Of a stretch of 20,000 nucleotides of DNA, positions 10,741 through 20,000 are shown in pieces. Below the pieces are notes generated by a model. It did no database searches and was not told where the DNA came from. It saw only the letters and a program-made list of their open reading frames with translations. Position 1 is the first letter of the stretch. Each line of letters begins with the position of its first letter. The translations under genes were made by a program, and so were the position numbers. Origin of the DNA: Chiloscyllium plagiosum (Eukaryota). Location: the NCBI RefSeq assembly GCF_004010195.1, contig NC_057719.1, positions 44,041,323 to 44,061,322 on the forward strand, given 5' to 3'.

Positions 10741-11681
10741 AAGTATTGCACTGTAAGGTGGCTTTGCAGGTGCTTTTTTATCCCCAGCAGAGTACCAACA
10801 CGTAAATATTTTACCCTTTGATACCCACAACCTACATTAATTTTCTCCAAATTTTAGGCTCTTGCTGTCCTTCAGCATCTGAATTCCACTTGTTCAAAAA
10901 TTTAAAATACAAGCTGTGGTTCTCTCAACTTTCTTTATGCCATCTTCATCCACCATGGGCCTCCAAACTTTGTCCTTATGAAATGAAATACACCTTGCCT
11001 CCAGGCTCCCCACCTAGCTGTTGTCAAGACTTTCCCACCCAACTCATGCAGCTGCTTCTCATGTCCGTTATATCTGTGACCCTGTTCCAAAAGCAGCTAT
11101 TGTTTTAAATATCCCACTATCCCTAACAGTTGCTTTAATTCAATGCAGATTGTTTACACTGAAATTTATTCAGTATTTTTCTTTGCTGCTGTGATGCTAA
11201 GACATACTCATGATCTTGCTACTCTCTTCAGTTACTAGGCTGGAATCTTTCCGGGCCCAGTGGTTGTATCTAATCTGATTAAAGGTGTATCTGCTGAGGT
11301 GAAGCCTGTCTGTACTTGGTTAAGAAAGAATGCCTACATCCCCAAAGATGTAGGCTAGCATCACACTCACTTTCAACAATTTGAAAAGTTTAGAATAATT
11401 TTTAATATCTTAAATTTTGACACAGTTATTTGATTTTCTGAAAGAAAGTGACATATACATACATACATACATTTACAGAGAGAGTGGAAATGAGAAAGGA
11501 AATCAAACTGAATAAAAATTTACACTAAGATGTTAAAAACAGAACTCTAATTTAGCTGGCTGCCCTCCCCAGCCAGATGAGGCACATTTCCAATCGTGGA
11601 CAAAATCCCAAAACTAATTTCTGTTTTTCACCCCTGCTAAATAACATAATACATGCTTTGCAGTTGGGACTACATAAACAT

Positions 11682-12018
11682 GGATGCAGGTTTCCTCGCT
11701 GAGCTGGAAGGTTCGTTTTCAGACGTTTCATCACCAAATTAGGTAAGATCTTCAGTGAGCCTCCAGACGAAGCATTGCTGATGATTTCTGCTTTCTATTT
11801 ATATGTTTGGGTTTCTTTGGGTCGGTGATATCATTTCCTGTAGTTATGTCATTTCCTGTGGTGATGTCTTTTCTGGTTCTTTTTCTCAGGGGGTGGTAAA
11901 TCGGATCTAAGTCAATGTGTTTGTCAAATAGAAAGTCTGAAAATGAACCTTCCAGCTTAGCGAGCGAACCTACATCCAGAACCTCAACCTGAGCTATAAA
12001 TCTTCTCAAAACTCGCTA
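11682..12018 (-). mobile_element. Penelope-like retroelement 3' fragment with inverted pseudo-LTR segment
   Basis: Minus-strand peptide DKHIDLDPIYHPLRKRT resembles the end of a PLE GIY-YIG ORF. 11681-11725 is inverted at ~11936-11979. Internal 18-bp tandem (DITTGN, 2-3 copies). Direct repeat ACTA(C/T)ATAAACAT at 11669-11681 and 12019-12031. Confidence 0.8.
11719..11758 (-). ncRNA. Minimal type-I hammerhead ribozyme motif
   Basis: Minus strand TCA-CTGAAGA-T-CTTACC-TAATTT-GGTGAT-GAAA-CG-TC-TGA: intact core, stem I TCA/TGA, stem II with a mismatched basal pair. Confidence 0.65.
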
Positions 12019-12208
12019 ACTATATAAACATTTCTACTTGGTCTAATATCTCCTATCCTCTAATTCCACTTTGGGTGAAGAACACACTTGAACTCATACG
12101 GAATTCAACTAATTAGAAATCAAAACCTAGAAATTCACACAGACCCAAAAACAGGATTCATTAGAATGTCCTCAAAAACAGCTAAGAATACAAATAATTT
12201 CAACCCAC

Positions 12209-12375
12209 CTCAATATCATGCCCAGAAGGAGCATTTTCAAGTTGTGTATCATCAGCTAAAGGTTCTGTCACTCTGACCTCCATAAACTCTTCCACCGAAT
12301 CCTGAAATTCTGGTGCTGTTCTCCGCCCATATCGTTTCCCATCTTTGACATATTTTGGCTGTACCTCGGTAGAAT
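12209..12375 (-). CDS. NIN: Internal coding exon of ninein (centrosomal microtubule-anchoring protein), N-terminal region after the first EF-hand pair
   Basis: Acceptor ttttatgcccacag, donor GAG|gtgggt; 167 bp, phase 1 to phase 0. Peptide (D)STEVQPKYVKDGKRYGRRTAPEFQDSVEEFMEVRVTEPLADDTQLENAPSGHDIE matches recalled human NIN DCSLEAQPKYVRGGKRYGRRSLPEFQESVEEFPEVTVIEPLDEE. Confidence 0.92.
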
Positions 12376-12572
12376 CTGTGGGCATAAAATGCATTGCAAT
12401 CAGCCTAATCATTTTAAATTGCATACACAATATCTTTAGAGGCTTTCAACTAACTCATCAGGCTTATCTAATAAACTTCTGAGTCCTAGTTCCAATGTCC
12501 TGCCTGTGCTGACTTTATTAATGATAATCAGTCTGACCATATGACTGCTACAATAGACCACAGTGTTTAGCA

Positions 12573-12644
12573 TCCAAGTAGTGTGGTGTTTAGTATCTCT
12601 GTCTGTCACAAGGGGAGACTGGGGTTCAATTCTCTGCTGGGGAG
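12573..12644 (+). pseudogene. tRNA-Asp(GTC) pseudogene or tRNA-Asp-derived SINE head
   Basis: TCCAAGTAGTGTGGTGTTTAGTATCTCTGTCTGTCACAAGGGGAGACTGGGGTTCAATTCTCTGCTGGGGAG aligns end to end with vertebrate tRNA-Asp; anticodon GTC at 12605-12607; stems disrupted; TTTT at 12654-12657. Confidence 0.75.
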
Positions 12645-12657
12645 TAGTTAACATTTT

Positions 12658-12778
12658 GGGTCCTCCTGTGACGCAGTAGTAGTATCCCTACCCTTGCACT
12701 GAGATATCTGGGTTCAACTCCCATCTGCTCCAGGAGGTGTACAATAATAACTCTGAACAGATTGATTAGAAAAAAAAT
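12658..12778 (+). mobile_element. Short tRNA-derived SINE with A-tail
   Basis: A-box-like TGACGCAGTAG, B-box GGTTCAACTCC, ends GATTAGAAAAAAAA. Confidence 0.7.
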
Positions 12779-12904
12779 GGGTAGACCACAGGGTCACTCA
12801 TGATTGCTATGCAACGTCTCCTAATATAAGTGCATGTGTAAACTTTGGTTTAATGCAAAACCTGATTAATCTGAGTTCAGAAGGATTTCAGGTTTTGGAT
12901 TAGC

Positions 12905-13370
12905 ATCAACACGTTTTTATATAGTCTCTTCAAAGTAATAAGTTGTTGCAGCATGCTTCACTGGAGCACTATAAAAAAAGCTTGATACCAAGCCACATTT
13001 GGAAATATTAGGTCAGATAACCAAACACTTGGTCTGACTGGTATGTTTTAAGAAACATTTTAGAATATGAAAGCAAGATTTAAGGGTTTAAGGAGAGAAT
13101 TCCAGTGTTTAAGGCCTTGACAGCTGATGGGACAGCTGCCAATTGTTCAGCAATTAAAACTGGCAATGCTCACAGGGCGAGAATTGGAGGAATGCATATA
13201 CCCCAGAAGATTGTGGGGCTGGAGGAGATTAGAGAGATAGGGAGGAGCGAGATCATTAAGTGGTTTGAAAACAAGGGTGAGAGTTGTAAAATCAAAGTGT
13301 TGATCAAACAGAAACCTGTGTAGTTCAGTGAGCACAAAGGTGATAGGTGATCCTGCCAGATTAGCCTGAA
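12905..13370 (-). mobile_element. L2 LINE 3' fragment
   Basis: Minus-strand SPITFVLTELHRFLFDQHFDFTTLTLVFKPLNDLAPPYLSNLLQ...MHSS matches the L2 ORF2 pattern HITPVLxxLHWLP..RIDFK..LVFKxLxGLAPxYL..LRSS; L2-like tail near 12905-12960. Confidence 0.8.
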
Positions 13371-13407
13371 GTCTGGCAAGGAAGATAACCTGAAAATGTG
13401 GAGACAT

Positions 13408-14960
13408 GGGGCTGAATTCAATTGCGTCACACAGGAATCTGGCAAAGTGTAAAGAAATCCAGAAGTACAGAATATCTGTCAATGATTTTTTTTTAACGTA
13501 GCTTTTGTGTTATGATATATTTTCTGCACTTTGTAGCCAATTTAAAGGAACATTCCAAGCATACAATTAACTGATAGTGGAGTTGGGTGGCACAACAGAA
13601 GGAATGGGCAGAATTAGAGACGCTGAGATGTTCAAAAGGCTATGCCTTGTTTTAGTGATATCACTCAGGGTGTGCTGTTGCACTCTGTTAGAGCCATCAG
13701 GAAAATATTCTTTCCTATAAATAGAGGGAACAAGCCTGTAGGTGAAGTAAGAAGGCATGGTTGGAGATTGGCCATAACGTTAGCAGCAACAGGAGCTGAA
13801 GCATAATATTAAAATTGTGGTTTTAATGATTGCTGCAGGGCAGGGAAGGTTAACATTGTTCCTGACTAACCCATCTTCTTAAATGTGCATAACCCAACAG
13901 CCTTCACTCTGCCTTTTTACGCCTACTCCAGCACATTACTCCTCAACCAATGTAGCTTACAGGTATACCCATCCATCTGTGTCAATACATGTTTTCCATG
14001 CCCATCTGTTCATTTACCTTGATACTCAATTTCATCCTTACAGTAATTAGAGTTTAAATGATTTCAAGTTATTTGGTACTGCATCCAATAGTTCAACCAC
14101 AATTATTCTTCTTTCTAAAGGATCCTCACCCTTATACGATGCCATGTCTCTACTTTGTAGTCACCTTCAAAAAGTCATCTCCATCTATTCATTCAATATA
14201 TAGCACAGGACACGAAGGAGAGGTAGAGAACTGGTGGTGACCCTACATTGTGTGGAAGTTGTATGGTGTATGAGCAGACGTGCAGAAGCTAAAAAGATTC
14301 CATGAATACCCTATCAGTCTCCACTGTATAACTACCACTCTCATTTAAATATACGGTTCAGACTTCTCAAAATCTGCATAGGCACCAACGAAAATTAGAG
14401 TGATCATTGCCCTTGAGTCACCTCTCAACTGATATCTGTAGAGGAATCTTGGCACTGCCTGACCATTGGTGATGGGGAGGTGTGTGTCTCACAGCTACCT
14501 ACTGGCAAAATATCACCTCACGTACAATGTTCACTCATGTTGATTTGATGTTGGCAACCAGTGAACAATGATCACATCAAGGATCCAGTAGGAGATGCCA
14601 GGAGGATATTAATTACTTCTCAGAGGAAGTCACTCACTCATGCATCAACTCAGATACTTACATTTTGGTGGGACCAGTGGGAAGATGGTTGTGTTTTTAC
14701 ACAGTGAGCAGCAGTACAGCATAGAGACATGAACAACAGTGGAGATTTTAGTTGGGAGACTACAGGGATGCTTAATGTGCATGCAGTAACTTAGGGCCAT
14801 TAATTAAAAAGGTACTTTGAGAGCAGTAGCAAGGATATACTGGCATGCTTTCCATCTATGCTTGCAAAGAGATGACAGACTTGATGTTGAAGTCTCTTGT
14901 GATGACATCTGAATCCATGCAAAGGAAAGTTACTGGTATAGTTCCTCACACACAGTAATC
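13408..14960 (+). mobile_element. PIF/Harbinger DNA transposon relic: decayed Myb/SANT-like gene
   Basis: 13645-13848 reads PCFSDITQGVLLHSVRAIRKIFFP..AWLEIGHNVSS..FNDCCRAGK|gt; 14203-14244 reads AQDTKER*RTGGDP. This is the RFS..L..V..W..IA..V..FND..RTGGGP signature of Harbinger Myb/SANT proteins. Boundaries approximate. Confidence 0.6.
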
Positions 14961-15667
14961 AAATGGGCTTATGCAGTCTTCAGCAATGATTTGTGTCTCA
15001 TGATATAAACGCCCCGAAAAGCAAGATAAATGATACCCTTAATCGGTTTTCACCCCACAATATTCCCCAGCAGATTGCTCGCAAGGAAGTGTGATAGGCC
15101 ATTAGATAGTTGGTGGTGAAGGGGATTCGGAAGTGGGGACCCCATACAAGTGCATCCATTTTTCACCCATTCTCCTTTATCCCATGCAGTATTCCACAAG
15201 TTACTTTGTATCCCAATGGTGATGATATCTCCTGTACAGCACAGCTGGAGCGATTTTGCCAGACTTTCATGAGCTTCAAAACCGAGAAGAACATTGGCCA
15301 AGTGTGTCTTGACAGTCAGAGCAAGGATCTGCATATACTTCCACTGAAGACACAAGAGTTCTACTCTTGAAGCACAGAAGCATTAGGAAAATGAAGAATA
15401 AAGATTACCGGATACATAAGGATATTTTTCACATGTTTAGATTGGCAGGTTCTATTTTAAATTAAATAAATATTATTCCCACTACTTTCCCACTTTACTT
15501 ATTTGTGGCTGCTGTCTAGCAAGTGGCATTTTCACTTGTGATAAATGTTCAGACATGAACTGACGCTGAGCAATGGGAGAAGAGGGGATGTGACAATGCT
15601 GATTGGCCTTTTATAGTATTGCTTTATGTTAGTGCCACTGCCAGAGAGAAGTAGCTTTTGCACACAA

Positions 15668-15795
15668 TGGCAAAATATTGTGGATGCTGAAAATCTGAAG
15701 AGGAGTCATATTGGACTTGAAGCAGTAACTCTGTTTTTCTCTCCATAGATGATGCCAGACCTAATGAGTTTCTCCAGTGTTCTCTGAGTTATTTG
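15668..15795 (+). mobile_element. Older PLE-derived repeat with a decayed hammerhead
   Basis: CTGAAGA-G-GAGTC-ATATTG-GACTT-GAAG at 15695-15722, preceded by a short inverted end piece; same family as 8800-8923. Confidence 0.65.
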
Positions 15796-17261
15796 TTGGA
15801 TGAGTGCACTAGCTGAGCACTACTGAACATTCCAATAAAAAGTATACTGGGTATCAAAGAGAGACACTGCTGCAAGTTGGCCGCATCACATTCTGTTACT
15901 TCCTCAAAACTGTCTGCAAAGAGACTCTAAGCTGCACACAAAGTTGAGGCTTTGACATATAAGTTCAGCACATCATGATCATTATGAAAAATGATACTGG
16001 GCCTCAGGTGCCCCAAGCAAGGAGGGCTTTTCTGGAGAATCAAAGACAGAAGGGTTTTCGAATGAGAGAAATTCCTGGAGCACTGTAGCAATCTGGTCAG
16101 TCAAGGAGGAGTTCATGTGGCACATGTTGTCCCTTTATAACTCTGGGCTTTGAGCTCATGTGCTCGTTCATTGAGACAGTAGTCAACTTGTTGGCAATTC
16201 ATAAGTAGCACCATTCTGAGAGGACATAGGAGCAGCACACTGACATCCGAGGAAAGGTTGGAATCTAATGCCCTCCTTTATGGCAGGTTTGGTGGCAGGT
16301 GGGGACCTCACCAACTTCTCATACCTGCCGCGAATAAGTCTGGGACAGGAAGGCCCAGACAATCCAACACCAACTACAATTGAGCCCTTAATTGGACAAT
16401 TAATGCACATCACAAGGCAGCATCTGTTGCCGTTGGTATTTACACAGTGGCTGGTGGGGGACTTACTATGGGGAAACCTGAAAACCCAACCTTGTCAGGT
16501 GACTTGCAAATTCACAAGAAGTTTCCTCATTCAAAGGCATTCAGTTTGTGATCAGGGACTTGGCATCAGGAAGAGGGGTAGCCTGGTGAGAGATTGCTCT
16601 TATTGGCATCCCCTCTCTCAACCTACAATCCCTTGTTTCATTACTCAGCTGTGCCTGAATCCTGTGGTCATGTTGGACATGGTTGTATTAGCACCGGCCA
16701 CTGCGCCCCATCCCATGATAAAACCCTATGACAGAAGTATTGATGCAGGAACAGTAACACCACATCGACACAGGCCCTGGGCATGTCAGATAGCTGCAGA
16801 TACAAGGCAGCAAGCTGCCAAGAACTCACTGATAGCCATAAGAGGAGTACCCCAAAAGTAGGTGTAAACATAAAGCAATACGTAAATGAACTGCATGGGT
16901 CATCTGGATGATGTTTGCTCATTTTGTCTGTTCAATTACTTTTCATGCAATCCTACCTCCTTATGTTCTCAACTGAACTTGTTGGTTAATAACACTGATA
17001 TCAAAAAGATTGGTACAATGAACTCTCTCAGAATGCTATGTCATCTTTATTGGAGGCCTGGTTTTTCATGTAAATGAAAAACATTGCTGCAAACAAAAAT
17101 CAATGAATTGTATACTTCTCATGAAACACAAGAACAGTACAATCTGTTCAGGAAAGAGGAAGCCTTACAAGAAACACTCATTGCAGTGGATATAATAGAG
17201 CACTTGTGAGTGTAATCTATTTATCATAATGACTTAATCACTGTTGTCCTTTATCTATCAG

Positions 17262-17717
17262 GCAAACGTGAGGACTGCAGATGCTGGAAATCAGAGTTTA
17301 GACCAGAGTGGTGCTGGAAAAGTAGAGCAGGTCAGGCAGCATCCGAGGAGCAGGAAAATCGACATTTCGGGCAAAAGCCCTTCATCAGGAATAGAAACAG
17401 GAAGCCTCCTGGGTAGAGAGATAAATGGGGGGGGTGGGGAGTGCTGGGGAGAAGGTAGCAAAGAGTACAATAGGTGAATGGGGGTGGGGATGGAGGTGAT
17501 AGGTCAAAGGGGAGGGTGGAGCGGATAGGTGGGAAGGGAGATTGGTAGGTTTACTTATCACCTCCATCCCCACCCCCATTCACCTATTGTACCCTTTGCT
17601 ACCTTCGCCTCAGCCCTCCCCTCTCCCCATTTATCTCTCCATCCTGGAGGCTTCCTGCCTCTATTCCTGATGAAGGGCTTTTGCCAAAACATCGATTTTC
17701 CTGCTCCTCGGATGCTG
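17262..17717. mobile_element. PLE-derived palindromic insertion with two opposed hammerhead motifs
   Basis: Inverted arms ~17334-17501 and ~17556-17720; 14-bp direct repeat CCTTTATCTATCAG at 17248-17261 and 17718-17731. Confidence 0.85.
17357..17392 (-). ncRNA. Minimal type-I hammerhead ribozyme motif
   Basis: Minus strand ATTC-CTGATGA-A-GGGC-TTTT-GCCC-GAAA-TG-TC-GATT: canonical CUGAUGA/GAAA core, perfect stem II, weak stem I. Confidence 0.7.
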
Positions 17718-17842
17718 CCTTTATCTATCAGTCAGCATTAAAAAATTCACATGATGCTGTTAACGAGTGTGACAATTCAATAGTGAAATGCATCTCTTAG
17801 TTCAAACTAGTTATGAAGTTTAACATGAAATAGGGGAAAACC

Positions 17843-18079
17843 ATGACCTGCAAGTTCCCCTCCAAGCCACTGACCATGCTGACTTGGAAATCTATCACTG
17901 TTCTTTCAGTGTCACTGGGTCAAATCCTGGAACTCCCTCCCTAATTGTGGACCTACAAAACATGGGAAGTAGTGGGTCTTGACGGCAGCTCACCAAGCAC
18001 TTCTTAAAGGCAACTAGGATTGGGCAATAAAACGTTGACCCAGCCAGCAGCACCCACCTCCCATGAGTATATAAAAAAA
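17843..18079 (+). mobile_element. CR1/L2-superfamily LINE 3' end
   Basis: SFSVTGS..SWNSLP-type remnant, then GGGCAATAAA and an A-rich tail. Confidence 0.7.
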
Positions 18080-18089
18080 TTTGTTTCCA

Positions 18090-19795
18090 TTCAGGAGACC
18101 ATGAGTTCTACCAGTATAATTCTCATCTCAGATCATTAACAATGTTCACTGAGCAAAATTACAATCTCAATTTCCTGTTGTGTCCACATACCTATGAAGT
18201 TCTTCTAGATTATCATATTCTTCCTGAAACAGGATAATTGATTTTGTTTTGATGATTGATTTGGAAACCTGTTTCATAAGAAATCTGTACCATTGTTTAT
18301 CATGTTGTGTGACCTTTCTGTATTACTGCACACTCTAAGGTAGATTTGCTGCCACCATTCTCCTTCAATGTAGGGATCTACAGAACGTACTTGGTTCAAT
18401 GTGGTAGAGGAAATCCACTTGGCAGCCTCATGATATAAGGTTCTTTTTAGAGTCATAGAGATGTACAGCATGGAAACAGACTCATCGGTCCAACCCGTCC
18501 ATGCCGACCAGATATCCCAACCCAATCTAGTCCCACCTGCCAGCACCCGGCCCATAACCCTCCAAACCCTTCCTATTCATATACCCATCCAAATGCCTCT
18601 TAAATGTTGCAATTGTACCAGTCTCCACCACTTCCTCTGGCAGCTCGTTCCATATTCGTACCACTCTCTGTGTGAAAACGTTGCCCCTTAGGTCTCTTTA
18701 ATACCTTTCCCCTCTCACCCTAAACCTATGCCCTCTAGTTCTGGACTTCCCCACCCCAGGGAAAAGGCTTTGCCTATNNNNCCCAACTCCTGTACTCAAT
18801 ACTCTGACCAATAAAGGAAAGCATACCAAACGCATTCTTCACTATCGTATCTACCTGCGACTCCACTTTCAAGGAGCTATGAACCTGCACTTCCAGGTCT
18901 CTTTGTTCAGCAACACTCCCTAGGACTTTACCATTAAGTGTATAAGTCCTGCTAAGATTTGCTTTCCCAAAATGCAGCACCTCGGATTTATCTTAGTTAA
19001 ACTCCATCTGCCACTTCTCAGCCCATTGGCCCATCTGGTCAAGATCCTGTTGTAATCTACACAAGATGTAATTTATTGTACGACAGCAAAGATGTACAAG
19101 TTACAAAGATGTGATAAACAATGTTACAGAAACGATGAGGAACATCCTAAAGTGTTCTCCCATCCAGTCTATATTATATCATCATAGTGGAAGGTGCTTA
19201 AAGCAATTTTCAGCAATAACCCTTCTGGATCTTTATACAACTCCTCCTGCCTAGCTTTTTTCACAACATTTACATTTATACATTTGTTTATATAATTCCT
19301 TTTGCTACTCTGCCAATTCCCAGCAAGTTCCCAATGCCACAGATTCAGGTGATCCAGAGGATTTTTGCATTATCTTCTGACCTGGAAAATTTACGTGTTA
19401 CAGTGTTGAAGCTTGTTGACATTGATTCAATTTCTGATTCTGTAAGGTCTGCAAGTCCCTTTAAACTGGAGGACTTTTAATTTCATATTTCCCTTATAGA
19501 AGCCCTGATGATATTGGCAGTTTTGAGTTTTTCAGTATCTATCTTCTTGACTGTATCCTGAATCTTTGGGCCTTGACCATTCTTTCTCAGTTGTAGCTTT
19601 TATAGAATTGGACAAATCATCTCTTCAATTTAAATGGGCAGACTCTTATAATCAATCTGCTGGTAAATCTGTGCTGAAGTGTGTAGACTCATAACCTCAA
19701 CTTGTTGCTTAACTTAGATGCTTTCATTTGCTCTCGGTGACTATAGTACTGGTGAACAAAAATACTTACTTCCTCAGTCACAGGTCTCTGGATAA
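18090..19795 (-). mobile_element. Highly decayed RTE-clade LINE relic interrupted by a younger CR1
   Basis: Minus-strand KLQLRKNG...KKIDTEKLK (post-endonuclease linker), QEELYK, and beyond the CR1 ENGGS...KSIIKTK (post-RT region), in the expected order; many stops. Confidence 0.4.
18447..19058 (-). mobile_element. Young CR1/HER1 LINE, 5'-truncated, containing an assembly gap (NNNN, 18778-18781)
   Basis: VLHFGKANLSRTYTLNGKVLGSVAEQRDLEVQVHSSLKVESQVD...IEYRSW is CR1 ORF2; 3' UTR ends in a CTCTATGACTCTAA tail. Confidence 0.92.
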
Positions 19796-19800
19796 ATCTT

Positions 19801-19945
19801 GGGCATAAGCCCTTCTTCAGGAATGAGGAAAGTTTGTCCAGCAGGCTAAGATAAAAGGTAGGGAGGAGGGACTTGGGGGAGGGGCGTCGGAAATGTGATA
19901 GGTGGAAAGAGGTCAAGGTGAGGGTGATAGGTCAGACTGGAGTGG
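19801..19945 (-). mobile_element. PLE-derived fragment with a truncated hammerhead
   Basis: Minus strand ATTCCTGAAGAAGGGCTTATGCCC, cut off before GAAA; purine-rich body similar to 17390-17550. Confidence 0.7.
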
Positions 19946-20000
19946 GAGGGACACACACACACACAGCGAGGGAGGGACACACACACACAGCGTGGGAGGG
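19944..20000. repeat. Minisatellite GGGAGGG(AC)nAGCG(A/T), unit ~24-26 bp, running off the window
   Basis: Two full units plus the start of a third. Confidence 0.75.

Noticed and set aside
10850..10900. Minus-strand KWNSDAEGQ resembling the NIN ...EAEGQ segment
   Set aside because: No flanking splice sites, and similarity is limited to four residues.
16268..16861. Longest ORF in the window (197 aa)
   Set aside because: No recognisable domain; starts within a repeat-like GC-richer segment; most likely a chance ORF.
17244..17741. ORFs of 64-77 aa with HLHPHPH low complexity
   Set aside because: Translations of the G/C-rich arms of the palindromic insertion.
1..20000. CRISPR arrays, operons or other prokaryotic systems
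   Set aside because: No regularly spaced repeats or dense coding; the sequence is vertebrate intronic DNA.

Overview
Repeat-rich vertebrate genomic DNA. The repeat content (HE1-type V-SINE, HER1/CR1-type LINE ends, Penelope-derived palindromes) suggests an elasmobranch (shark); this is inference. The only gene segment I recognise is a 167-bp minus-strand exon (12209-12375) matching the N-terminal region of ninein (NIN), so the rest is most likely NIN intron. It is filled with CR1, L2 and RTE LINE fragments, two Gypsy relics, a Harbinger Myb/SANT relic, SINEs and a MITE-like inverted repeat. The most striking signal is a set of minimal type-I hammerhead ribozyme motifs (CUGANGA-stem II-GAAA-short stem III-UH) carried by about seven Penelope-derived insertions, several with target-site duplications and long fold-back arms. 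Also notable is a TSD-flanked tRNA-Asp plus SINE composite. All repeat and gene calls come from recalled family motifs, not database searches.
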